Both the position numbers and the translations under genes were made by a program. Source: a virus. Taken from it: a stretch of 64,000 bases of DNA. Location: the IMG/VR virus record IMGVR_UViG_3300025645_000038, positions 1 to 64,000 of that record, one strand, 5' to 3'. Under the pieces are notes generated by a model. The model worked only from the letters and a program-made list of their open reading frames with translations, was not told the DNA's origin and ran no database searches. Position 1 is the stretch's first letter. Each line of letters starts with the position of its first letter. Shown piece after piece: positions 27,401 to 36,468 of the stretch.

Positions 27401-30400
27401 ACCATCAGAAGCTGGTGTATGGGAAACAATAGAGGTTAGTACTATAATACCTGCTGATTGGACAGTTGACCAATCTTGGAACTTTTGGTTATATGGAAAT
27501 GGAAGACAACTTGAAGGTGATGAAAGACAACAAGGAATAGTATGGGTTGATAATGTATTTATAGATTTTACATACACAGACCAATCGGAAACGAGAGATG
27601 TATTGAGACCTTATCAAGCTCAAATTCAATCTGTTAGTGCTGATGGATTGGCAATTCAAGTAGATAAAAATTACACAGAGATAGCTATACAAGAAGGACA
27701 GCAAGATATAAACGAAACTGTAGATGGTTTCCAACCGCCTGAATTACCAGAATCATTTGATAATTTCTTTGTAACTTATTTTAATTTAAATCCTAAAGAT
27801 TTAAGAACATATTTAAAGTTTGATAATCAAATGTTACTAACAACAAATTTTAAACAAGATGTCATATCCGTAACAGAGTATCCAAACTCGGTGGTTTATA
27901 AAATGTATGAACCTTTACCAGCAGAGTATCAAAAGTTAGACGAATGTATAGTAGTTAAAGAAATGACAGAACCTTTAGAAGAAACAATAAACATTGTAGA
28001 TTTTATACCTGAAGAAGAACCAAGATTAGTGTTAAAAACACCTGATTTGAAAAATGTAGAAAGTCCTATACAAGTTAGGTCGTCTAATTACAAATCTGAA
28101 ACTGAAATCTTAACAGCAGACACTAATGTATCGAGTGAGTTAAGAAATGAATTTTTAAGTCAAAGTTTAGATAGTGTAGAAATAAATACAGATTATTCTC
28201 GTTATGAAAACTTTGTTAACTTTAGCTCTATAGAAAAAAGACTTAGAAATTTTAAAACGAAATTAGAAAATATAGATAGTTACAAAGTAAGTAGCGCTTC
28301 TTATGTTGGCGTAAGTGGTTCAGCATCTGATTTAAAAATATATCATAATAAGATACAAGAAACTAAGAATACTTTAGATAGTTTTGAGAGCTACATGTAC
28401 TTTGAAAGTTCATCATATCAAAGTGGTTCTTTAGGAGTGTTTTACGATAATGCTTGGCCTAAAACAAGCGGAGATGGCTCATCTTTAAATCCATATGTTT
28501 TAGCAGAAACAAACTCTGCAAAAGCTAGGTCTTGGTTTAACAATGCTATAACATCAGCTTCATTGTATGATAATGAAAACAACAACAAATTAAGTAGTAT
28601 ACTTCCTGAATTTATAAAATTTGATAGTAGTAATCAAGAATACTTAACCTTTACAGATATGATTGGTCAACACTTTGATGGTATATGGGAGTATATAAAT
28701 GCTTTATCAGACACATACGACAGAAGAGATAAATTAGACGAAGGTTTATCAAAAGAATTACTTTACAACGTAGCAAAATCTTTAGGTTGGAATTTAAGTG
28801 ATGGTAAAGATTTAATAGATTTGCCAAGATACGCTTTAGGTAAAGAAGTAAGTGGCTCAACTTTTTCTGATTATTCTGTAATACCTGAAAGAGATATAAG
28901 TAGAGAGATATGGAGCAGGATAGTAAACAACATGCCTTTCTTCTTAAAGAACAAGGGTACTGTTAGGGCTCTAAAAGGATTGATAAATATCTATGGTATA
29001 CCATCTACTATATTAAGAGTTAAGGAGTATGGTGGGCCTAATGTTCCTGATAATAAAAATCCACAATTTGAGATAACAAGAAAGTTTACCAAAGCATTAG
29101 ACTTTAGAGGTGGACAATCGGTTAAGACTGCTTGGACTAATGATGGTTCTACAGGTAGAAAGCCGGATACTATAGAATTTAGGTTTAGAGCAGCTACTGG
29201 TTCTAATCAAATACTTGTGGAAAAACAAGATAGTAACAATCAAGACTTTTTTATTAGAATTAAAGACAATGGTTCTTCAGACAACTATGGCTGTGTTTCT
29301 TTTATGATGTCTGGTTCAAAGGTTGGTATTGACCAAGGAGAGTATAAAGAAATAACTTCATCTGCTTTACCTGTATACGATGGGGATTTCTATTCTGTTA
29401 TGGTTGCTAGAACTTCTGGTAGTGATGATACTGCTATATCACAATCATATCAACTAAACGTTGGTAAATATGATGCTAGTAGAAGTAAGATACATCTTTA
29501 CAGCACATCTACTATGGATGTTACACAAGCTGCTTCGTCTTCGTTTAGTAATGCTTGGACAGGCAGTGGTGACCTTTACATTGGTGGTAGTGGTAGTGCG
29601 GCTAATGTGGGAGTTCAGTTTAGTGGTTCTATTATGGAGTATCGTCAATGGACAGAAACATTAAATACATCTTCATTTAAAAATCACATAGCTAATCCAA
29701 AAGCGTATGATGGTAATAGTGTTTCTTCATCATACGAAAACTTAGTGTTGAGATATTCATTTGATGACAATAAAAATTTAACTTCCGATACAGAAGGTAT
29801 TAGAGATGTTAGTTCAAATCAAACAACAACATTATCAGGTTCTCACGCAGGATTTACAGGAAACTTTTTTAGAAGTGTAGTTGATGAACAGAAAACTCAC
29901 ATACCAAGTATTGGTGCTCTAAGAAGAAGTACTAATAAAGTTAGAATAGAAAGTAATCCGATAGTAAACGACCAAGCTTTAAATCCAGATAGAAGGGTTA
30001 CAAATAGTTCTTACGATACAGCGCCAACCGATTCTAATAAAGTAGGTATATTTTTTGCTCCTACCGATGTTATAAATAATGATATAATCAATTCGGTTGG
30101 GGATTTGAACTTTGAAAACTTTTTAGGTGACCCGAGAGATAAAACGGAGTTAAGCTATAGAGGATTGAATTATGTAGCTGATAACTATTGGAAAAAGTAT
30201 ACAGCACCAAATAACTTTTGGGATTATATGAGATTGATAAAATATTATGACCAATCTTTATACCCACAGTTAAGAAAACTAATACCTGCTAGAGCAAAGC
30301 CAGATATTGGTTTATTGATAGAACCTAATATTTTTGAGAGACCAAAGGTAGTAGTTGGTAAAAAACCGACTGCTGAAAATAAATTTTATAGTGCTTCTAT

Positions 30401-31295
30401 AGATGTTTCTAAAGAAGTATTAGTTATAACAGGTTCTTACAATCATGGTTCTCTTGTAACAAGTTATGAAGCATACGATGGAAAAATAAACATCTATAGT
30501 TATGAGACTGGTTCTTCTGTTGTTTCTTCAAGTGGTGCTAATCTACTAAAAGAAGCTAGTGGTTCTGAAGTAAGAGACTCTTTTATAGATAGAAGTATTT
30601 GGCAAAGATTGGGTGAAGGTGATTACTCGAATGTTACGATGTCATTTGGTGATACTCTTAATGGTGTTAAAGGTGGACAACAAGATATTATTAGTGGTTC
30701 AAGAATTTACAGAGTCAATCAAAAGACTAATAACTTCTACACTTCATCAGCTGATGCTCTAATAGAAAATGCAAACTCATCTTCTTTTGAAAATACGGAT
30801 TTAGATAACTTTAGTCACCTATTTCAAGGACTCAGAAATTCATTTTATGAAGGTGTAAAGAATAATAATAAAACAACTATAGATGGTAAGCCTGTAATCG
30901 AAGTGATTATATCAGCACCAACTAAGTTAGTTACAACAGAAGAAGGTGAATCAACTCTTAAAACAGGTGATGGTATAGTACCAGATTTTAAAGAAGACGA
31001 TAAAGACATAGAACAACTAACAGAAACCTTTGAAGAAAAAAGAAGGAAAATTAAAAAGAAGAAAAGAAAAAGAGGGTTGATGAATATGAAAGTTAGACCT
31101 GAAACGGATACTGATAGAAAAATGAAAATAAATCTTGATAAGATAAAGTCTAAAATAGCTAAAGGTCAGTTAATTGTAGAAAACGATGCAGATGGTCAAC
31201 CAATCAAAAAACAAGAATTTAAAGACTCATTCGTAAAAGAAATTGGTACATCAGATGATGGTATAGACGATGGAGTTTTAAATAATGAAAAATAA
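24474..31295 (+). CDS. large baseplate protein (2273 aa; gp7-like wedge region, LamG domain, inserted carbohydrate-binding-like region)
   Basis: EISPSRTEVRL; NFVNFSS; MIGQHFD; LKNKGTVRALKGLINIYGIP (tail I/gp7-like); LamG pattern TIEFRF...LYIGG...FSGSIMEYRQW. Confidence 0.7.
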   Translation: MASKLNERDKALLDGNLFDIVGNKPYENGKWGTNEKDCVYLEIFDTNGNLIEYNTLSVSQFIVNSSNDNIEFYPGSHIRGLGFESGTFRVRYNFIRKLAGDESAVLLHTLDKNNTKIGDVYTNTDKLYITEDGIVYNVTEQEFKDSPATAEQLAVEDLKYQIDEISPSRTEVRLKAKRINSSYIDDFINIQTKNKYESVVSNINFVGSNKYESLDLILTPENNSFRFTQQMVNGTLTLPDVYKVDEIESAVRSEVNVVENAALENLRLDENGNINFYGDRRGWDPELHQDAVRAEGWEVGFRSNTQFGSGGIWEGTEHLGYHAKVVQKEGIAGGNCIKFTDNNGIFEASPEWPTGYPHRLQLIGQYGLQKLSSLGVKAGDFINIKMDIKSTVPGKGVSTAIAYAGELLTEDKPENPPQGFFDPNNPGPTETKPANPPEGYQANTAAAASEVEPKPGETLSQILTDNPDLVAIGFGKVRRPNLPIIPAEIGDTTANTNLDGKGAWKIFNIFDDGDIVYTWSPNLTENLLVGTSSTGGEWVWNGNAWNPSPDVADSPLPPAGVVNNPNAVNHHPYVVKDSPEEYVGNSFYPRQTYRGQNRGWQTGTFMHQEEESIVRGSNSSEYKTTTMLVKDDLIWFTDFTRGSTDNKAIVVKDFDTFFPNIRNEIIDTETNKSLYDDIFEKGFIQSITRDADKDFIIFYNNGDTNDDGSATSNSNKWFALDKDGDNYNIKTIDDKKVLLLSDINNGLNDLVALEPKRFEVCYGNPTNNPGDFPDGFLFSFFTSDQVFISTKDKSEDLTPLAFDRTDTYGQNGRYFKGLGPNLFPHVMIGQGGEHSGGRTESFLAITQDSGEFVRVYKTTGTEGSSFDDIQEYFYDCGVVGTDGDPLSYGVRNSGAENYGRLNEDGTITTFSLNNDNPFLDILYDNGTAIFDFEINPRQIGVESEERLWKWNGYEWVDNGLMPPRYDYQETGRITVAPSEAGVWETIEVSTIIPADWTVDQSWNFWLYGNGRQLEGDERQQGIVWVDNVFIDFTYTDQSETRDVLRPYQAQIQSVSADGLAIQVDKNYTEIAIQEGQQDINETVDGFQPPELPESFDNFFVTYFNLNPKDLRTYLKFDNQMLLTTNFKQDVISVTEYPNSVVYKMYEPLPAEYQKLDECIVVKEMTEPLEETINIVDFIPEEEPRLVLKTPDLKNVESPIQVRSSNYKSETEILTADTNVSSELRNEFLSQSLDSVEINTDYSRYENFVNFSSIEKRLRNFKTKLENIDSYKVSSASYVGVSGSASDLKIYHNKIQETKNTLDSFESYMYFESSSYQSGSLGVFYDNAWPKTSGDGSSLNPYVLAETNSAKARSWFNNAITSASLYDNENNNKLSSILPEFIKFDSSNQEYLTFTDMIGQHFDGIWEYINALSDTYDRRDKLDEGLSKELLYNVAKSLGWNLSDGKDLIDLPRYALGKEVSGSTFSDYSVIPERDISREIWSRIVNNMPFFLKNKGTVRALKGLINIYGIPSTILRVKEYGGPNVPDNKNPQFEITRKFTKALDFRGGQSVKTAWTNDGSTGRKPDTIEFRFRAATGSNQILVEKQDSNNQDFFIRIKDNGSSDNYGCVSFMMSGSKVGIDQGEYKEITSSALPVYDGDFYSVMVARTSGSDDTAISQSYQLNVGKYDASRSKIHLYSTSTMDVTQAASSSFSNAWTGSGDLYIGGSGSAANVGVQFSGSIMEYRQWTETLNTSSFKNHIANPKAYDGNSVSSSYENLVLRYSFDDNKNLTSDTEGIRDVSSNQTTTLSGSHAGFTGNFFRSVVDEQKTHIPSIGALRRSTNKVRIESNPIVNDQALNPDRRVTNSSYDTAPTDSNKVGIFFAPTDVINNDIINSVGDLNFENFLGDPRDKTELSYRGLNYVADNYWKKYTAPNNFWDYMRLIKYYDQSLYPQLRKLIPARAKPDIGLLIEPNIFERPKVVVGKKPTAENKFYSASIDVSKEVLVITGSYNHGSLVTSYEAYDGKINIYSYETGSSVVSSSGANLLKEASGSEVRDSFIDRSIWQRLGEGDYSNVTMSFGDTLNGVKGGQQDIISGSRIYRVNQKTNNFYTSSADALIENANSSSFENTDLDNFSHLFQGLRNSFYEGVKNNNKTTIDGKPVIEVIISAPTKLVTTEEGESTLKTGDGIVPDFKEDDKDIEQLTETFEEKRRKIKKKKRKRGLMNMKVRPETDTDRKMKINLDKIKSKIAKGQLIVENDADGQPIKKQEFKDSFVKEIGTSDDGIDDGVLNNEK

Positions 31296-31316
31296 TAACA
31301 AAAATTTAATATTGTG

Positions 31317-31324
31317 ATATTTAT
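31317..31324 (+). promoter_or_regulatory. putative late promoter ATATTTAT
   Basis: Intergenic, before the 31378 gene. Confidence 0.55.
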
Positions 31325-31377
31325 ATATGAATCACATTATACAAAAATTTCAAAAAAAATATAATTAGGAGTAAATT

Positions 31378-32034
31378 ATGGGATTTCTAAATAACACTAC
31401 TGTAACTGTAGACGCTATTCTAACCAAAAAAGGTCGTGAGTTATTAGCTCAAGGTACAGAAGCATTCAATATAACTAAATTCGCTTTATCGGATGATGAA
31501 GTTGATTACAATTTATTCGATGTCACCCACCCAAATGGAAGTGACTCTTTTGGAAAAGTAATTGAAAACATGCCTTTGTTAGAGGCAATACCTGATGAAA
31601 ATCATGTGATGAGGTATAAACTAATTACTTTACCTAAAAATACAATTAAGATGCCAATAGTAAGTGTATCAATAGACTCTATAACATTCAATGCTTCTGA
31701 AGGAGTAAATCAACCAGCTAGATTGGTTACTGCTACAACAGCAAATGTGACTGATAGTAGTTACACATTTATATTACACGATCAAAGTGTAGCTAGTATG
31801 ACTGTATCAGAAGGAGCTGGTGGTGGAGTTGGCGCTACAACGCCTTTCTTCTTAGGTGAAGATGACGCTCCTAATAGTAAAACAGTTGTTGCGACATCGG
31901 TAAATATTAATGTTGGTGCACCTGTTAATAATGTGAAAGCAACACAATTAACAATTATCGGTAATGACACAGGCGCTACTAAATCAATAACGATTACCAA
32001 TAATGTAACAGTAGCATCTTTAATCAATAGATAA
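31378..32034 (+). CDS. baseplate/tail structural protein
   Basis: VDAILTKKGRELLA...ITKFALSDDEVDY motif. Confidence 0.7.
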   Translation: MGFLNNTTVTVDAILTKKGRELLAQGTEAFNITKFALSDDEVDYNLFDVTHPNGSDSFGKVIENMPLLEAIPDENHVMRYKLITLPKNTIKMPIVSVSIDSITFNASEGVNQPARLVTATTANVTDSSYTFILHDQSVASMTVSEGAGGGVGATTPFFLGEDDAPNSKTVVATSVNINVGAPVNNVKATQLTIIGNDTGATKSITITNNVTVASLINR

Positions 32035-32048
32035 GGTAGGAGTAAACA

Positions 32049-33095
32049 ATGGCAATTTATAAAGATTTTAATATACAACCTGAGAATAGTTTAGTTTCAA
32101 GTGATGTTGTTACTAATGTAAAAGATACTGTTTCTTCAGGAATGTGGGCTGATGGGGCTAGTAGTATCTCGGCTTACTTTACATCTTCCACACAATCAGG
32201 TTCATCAGGTATTTATTATTTAGATGTTTATTCAGCTAATCCACAATCAGACTCTACTGCTAAACCACAATTTTCTGTTGCTTATGGACATTTTAATGGA
32301 AGTGGTTCAGCTGGAAAAGTAGGAGTTGATGGTAATAGAGCATCAGCTGCTATATACAGACAATTAACAAATACTCTTTTAGGACCTAACGAAGAAAAAT
32401 TTACATTTGCTGGTAGTGGAACCAATATAACTCCTAATTATGTATATGCTATTTCAATAGCTAGACAACAACTTCGTGAGAAGATGGATCCAGGTAATTG
32501 GGAACTTCATCTAACAGGTAGTGGTAACACTAAATTAAAACTGATAGACGATAGTGGAGCTACAACCAATCCTACTGTAAATCAAGGTGGTAGGGTGTTC
32601 AACATTGTTAGTGGTTCTATTGCTAGTGGTACTGCTGTAACTAAAACAACAGCTGCGGCTCAGCCAGGTGGTGGTTTTGGATTATTTTATCCAGATTTAG
32701 GTATTTTAGTACTAAATGGACCTGTTTTAAATGCTTCTGCTTCTTTATCAACGACAACAACATCAAATCTTGAAGGTGGAAATGTTGGTAAATTTTATCA
32801 GGCAATAAGAGGTGAAGATAAATTTCAAGCTCGTAGAGAAGAAGTGATAACTTCACAACACTACTTTTGTAGAGTTCCTAATAAGGAGTTTAACTTTAGT
32901 GCTAATCCAACCTTTACTTCTGGTTCAAATGGAGATTTTACGGTTTCTACATTTTTTAAGAATCCTAAAACTTTTATTACGCAGGTAGGATTGTACAATG
33001 ATAATAATGAACTACTGGCTATTGCTAAGTTAAGTAAACCATTAGAGAAATCGTATTCGAAAGAAGCTATTATCAAAGTTAAGCTAGATTTCTAA
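32049..33095 (+). CDS. baseplate/tail structural protein
   Basis: GLFYPDLGILVL; EFNFSANPTF; FITQVGLYNDNNELLAIAKLSKP. Confidence 0.7.
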   Translation: MAIYKDFNIQPENSLVSSDVVTNVKDTVSSGMWADGASSISAYFTSSTQSGSSGIYYLDVYSANPQSDSTAKPQFSVAYGHFNGSGSAGKVGVDGNRASAAIYRQLTNTLLGPNEEKFTFAGSGTNITPNYVYAISIARQQLREKMDPGNWELHLTGSGNTKLKLIDDSGATTNPTVNQGGRVFNIVSGSIASGTAVTKTTAAAQPGGGFGLFYPDLGILVLNGPVLNASASLSTTTTSNLEGGNVGKFYQAIRGEDKFQARREEVITSQHYFCRVPNKEFNFSANPTFTSGSNGDFTVSTFFKNPKTFITQVGLYNDNNELLAIAKLSKPLEKSYSKEAIIKVKLDF

Positions 33096-33113
33096 GCTTG
33101 GGAGATATAGGTC

Positions 33114-34088
33114 ATGTTTAAAAGACTCGACCCAAGAGACATCAATATAACACCTTTTAAGGTTTACAAAGAGTTTACTGTAACCAATACAGATAGTGGT
33201 AGTGGAGTCTATGGTTTTAGAGCAATCAGTTCAAGTCTACATAACTTCGATACAGATACATCATCAAAAACTACTTTTGATTCAGCTAGCTTTTATCATA
33301 TACCGACTTGGTTTATGATTAATCATATGTATTACAGAGATACTGAAAATAACTTTAATAACTTTGGTCAGAATAATGGTAAACAATATAGGTTATTACA
33401 ACCATCAGCTTCCATAATTTCAGTATCTAAAGATTTATATGGTGAGAGGATAAAGCCAGGTTCAATAACTCTAACTGATGACAGTGGTGCATCAACCCTA
33501 ACAATAAAAGACGATAGAAATGGTAATCTATATGATAATGCATTTTCATCAAGTTTTGCTACATTTGCTTCAGGTGGATTTGCTGATTCGGATATTGTAA
33601 AATCAACAGGAAGTTTTGTTGGAAATGTTTTTTATGAACAAGGTGTTTTAGTATTTACAAATACAGGTTCAAGATTTGTAGATATAGGAACTAAAACAGG
33701 CACAGATGGGTATAGTTTAAAATATAAAGCTCAAATAACAATAAGAGAACACTCTTACACTTGTGTAATCGGAGAAGGTGAATACAATGGAACTATGAAT
33801 ATATCAGCTACTAAAGAAAGAAGTGGCAGCATCTCCGTATCAGGTTCTGAAAGTCATAAACTCTTTCCTCCTGGTCACGCTACATTTCAATCAGGTTCTT
33901 ACAGACATAGTTACGAAGCAACAAACACCTATAATAATTTTGTAACACATTCTGAATTTCAACCATATATCACTAAAGTTGGTTTATATAATGATTTTAA
34001 CGAACTTATTGCTGTAGGACAACTTTCTAATCCTGTAAAAAATGAAAAAGAATTATCTTTAGCTATAAACGTAAGGTTTGATGTATAA
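33114..34088 (+). CDS. baseplate/tail structural protein (paralog of the upstream gene)
   Basis: YGERIKPGS, DDRNGNL, VGNVFYEQG; YITKVGLYNDFNELIAVGQLSNP. Confidence 0.7.
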   Translation: MFKRLDPRDINITPFKVYKEFTVTNTDSGSGVYGFRAISSSLHNFDTDTSSKTTFDSASFYHIPTWFMINHMYYRDTENNFNNFGQNNGKQYRLLQPSASIISVSKDLYGERIKPGSITLTDDSGASTLTIKDDRNGNLYDNAFSSSFATFASGGFADSDIVKSTGSFVGNVFYEQGVLVFTNTGSRFVDIGTKTGTDGYSLKYKAQITIREHSYTCVIGEGEYNGTMNISATKERSGSISVSGSESHKLFPPGHATFQSGSYRHSYEATNTYNNFVTHSEFQPYITKVGLYNDFNELIAVGQLSNPVKNEKELSLAINVRFDV

Positions 34089-34810
34089 TGGGTAAGTTTA
34101 AGAAAATGATGGAAGTGACATCCAACGTAGGTGGATACAGTGCTGATGAAGGAGAACCAGACACAGGTTTTATCAGAGGTGATAAAGAAAGAGTATTGGG
34201 TGGATTAGCTGGAAAACCTGAACCTTGGTTTGATAGAGGTGGTTACAAGCAGGTTGAATTTCCTAAAGCTGACTACATATATGGTAAAGGTGAAGAAGAG
34301 GATTATGCTGTAATAAAGACTGCTTATGTATCTCAGATAAACAAAGACTTCGAAGCACATTTTGATAGTTGGGAAAATTGGATAGCTGATGAAGACTTCC
34401 AACCACAAAATACTGAAAAACTAAACGACTCAAAATATAGGAAGGTTATGAATAACTTATTATTAGAAAGGATAGACTACTTAGATTTAGCAACAACTTT
34501 GGTAAAACAATATGGACTAAAATCTAAGGTAAAGTTTGGTAGTGGAAAAGATATGGGAGAGTATGTACCTGAAACCGATACTGTAACTCTAAGAAGGTCT
34601 TACCCAAATGTAAAAGAGTTTCTGATGACTATACTACACGAAATAGGACATGCACTTGATGCTAAAAGATTAGGAGTCAGAAAGTATATAAAGAAGTATA
34701 CACAAGCTGGAACAATGGCTACATATCAAGGATTAGACCCGCATGATGATAATAAATGGGAAGAGAAGGCTGAAAGGTTTGCTAGAAAAGAATTATCAAA
34801 ATGGTTGTAA
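34088..34810 (+). CDS. zincin-like metallopeptidase (ImmA/IrrE-like) with N-terminal extension
   Basis: TILHEIGH (HExxH) and downstream WEEKAERFA. Confidence 0.7.
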   Translation: MGKFKKMMEVTSNVGGYSADEGEPDTGFIRGDKERVLGGLAGKPEPWFDRGGYKQVEFPKADYIYGKGEEEDYAVIKTAYVSQINKDFEAHFDSWENWIADEDFQPQNTEKLNDSKYRKVMNNLLLERIDYLDLATTLVKQYGLKSKVKFGSGKDMGEYVPETDTVTLRRSYPNVKEFLMTILHEIGHALDAKRLGVRKYIKKYTQAGTMATYQGLDPHDDNKWEEKAERFARKELSKWL

Positions 34811-34938
34811 ATAAATTCGTATAATACTTTTTTTCTGTATATATATTACTATGTTAACATACAATTAGGTTTTAAAAAATTCTATTAGGTTTTTTAATAA
34901 GAAATCTTTGCCCTGTTTTTTAAAACTTTAATTAAATA

Positions 34939-34999
34939 TTAACTAATAAGCAATAAGCAATTAACTAATAAGCTTAAGCTATTAAGCTATTAAATAAGT
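34939..34999. repeat. short direct-repeat cluster (TAAGC x5, TTAACTAATAAGC x2)
   Basis: TAAGC at 34947, 34954, 34969, 34975, 34983, TAAGT at 34995; 13-mer at 34939 and 34961. Confidence 0.7.
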
Positions 35000-35008
35000 T
35001 TTAAATAT

Positions 35009-35362
35009 ATGAAATCAAGAAGTGCCAAGAATAAAGGTAAGAGACTTCAGAATAACGTAAGAGATCTTTTACTAGAAACATTCAATCAGTTAGAGCCCGA
35101 TGATGTTCGTTCAGCTATAATGGGTGAACAAGGAGAAGATATCAAATTATCTCCAGCGGCTAGAAAACTAATCCCTTACTCATTCGAATGTAAAAATCAA
35201 GAAGCATTAAATATATGGTCATCCCTACAACAAGCTGAAGAAAATAGTGGTGATTACGATCCTGTCTTGATATTTAAAAGAAACAGAAGTAAAACTTATG
35301 CAGTTATCAACATAGAAAAATTTATAGAACTAATCAATGAAAATAATAAATCTTCTCAATAG
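35009..35362 (+). CDS. Holliday junction resolvase-like PD-(D/E)XK nuclease
   Basis: SAKNKGKRLQ, MGEQGEDI, FECKNQE, PVLIFKRNR. Confidence 0.8.
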   Translation: MKSRSAKNKGKRLQNNVRDLLLETFNQLEPDDVRSAIMGEQGEDIKLSPAARKLIPYSFECKNQEALNIWSSLQQAEENSGDYDPVLIFKRNRSKTYAVINIEKFIELINENNKSSQ

Positions 35363-36278
35363 AGTTATAGGAAATCACGGTAGACGACTCAAGAAATCAA
35401 ATGAGTATATGTTTTGGTCACCATTCATCTCACATCACAAACCTAAACTCCAAATAAACACACAAACACAGAAATGGCATTGTTGGGTATCCAATCAAGG
35501 TGGTCACAATCTATTTCAGTTATTTAAGAAGTTAAAAGCTAGTAGAGAACAATTTGATGAACTATCAGACATAGTAGGAAAGCCCAAATCACTATCATCA
35601 AAATATGAGAAAAACAAGCAAAAAGATATAGTAAGATTGCCGAATGAATTTAAACCACTTTGGAAAGATGATGTTAGTATTATAAAAAAACATGCTATGG
35701 CTTATCTAAATAGTAGAGGCATTAAAATAATTGATATCATAAGATATGGTATGGGTTATTGTGAGGAAGGTTTATATGCTAATAGGATAATCGTACCATC
35801 TTACAGTTCAGATGGAGATTTAAATTACTTTGTTGGTAGAGATATCTATGGTGGCGGCTTTAAATATAAGAATCCACCTGTATCTAAGGATGTTATAGGA
35901 TTTGATTTATTTATTAATTGGAATGAACCGATTGTATTATGTGAGGGAGTATTTGATGCTATAGCAATCAGAAGAAACGCTATCCCTCTTTTTGGTAAAA
36001 CCATACCAAAATCATTAATGAAAAAAATATACGAAAAACAAGTTAAACAGATATATATATTATTAGATAGTGATGCTATTTCAGATTCTATAAAAATGAC
36101 AGATAATCTGATGAAGAATGGTATCAATGTTTATTACGTTAATCTTTCAGAGGAAGATCCTTCTGATATGGGATTTAAAAAAGTTATTAATCTTATAAAA
36201 GAAACCGAACAAACTTCTTTCTCTGATTTGATGAGGATGAAACTACATGGCAAAACAAAAAAATATATGGAAATTTAA
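35337..36278 (+). CDS. DNA primase (DnaG/TOPRIM) with degenerate Zn finger
   Basis: YLNSRGI, RIIVPSY, YFVGR, KYKNP, LCEGVFDA, LDSDA, DPSD. Confidence 0.9.
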   Translation: MKIINLLNRVIGNHGRRLKKSNEYMFWSPFISHHKPKLQINTQTQKWHCWVSNQGGHNLFQLFKKLKASREQFDELSDIVGKPKSLSSKYEKNKQKDIVRLPNEFKPLWKDDVSIIKKHAMAYLNSRGIKIIDIIRYGMGYCEEGLYANRIIVPSYSSDGDLNYFVGRDIYGGGFKYKNPPVSKDVIGFDLFINWNEPIVLCEGVFDAIAIRRNAIPLFGKTIPKSLMKKIYEKQVKQIYILLDSDAISDSIKMTDNLMKNGINVYYVNLSEEDPSDMGFKKVINLIKETEQTSFSDLMRMKLHGKTKKYMEI

Positions 36279-36468
36279 TGATGAGGAATGGAAAATCCAC
36301 ATTACTGATGTCGAGCTTTTTGAACAGACAAAGAAAAAATTTGATTTGGGAAATTCTGTCACTATTTATTATGAAAGTGGCAGTTTATCCGAAGAAACAT
36401 CTTGGGATATAATAGTACCAAATAGCAAAATTAATAAAGTCAAAAAATTCATAAAGGATAATACTTGA
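36247..36468 (+). CDS. hypothetical protein
   Basis: GAGGA SD; overlaps both neighbours. Confidence 0.55.
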   Translation: MAKQKNIWKFNDEEWKIHITDVELFEQTKKKFDLGNSVTIYYESGSLSEETSWDIIVPNSKINKVKKFIKDNT

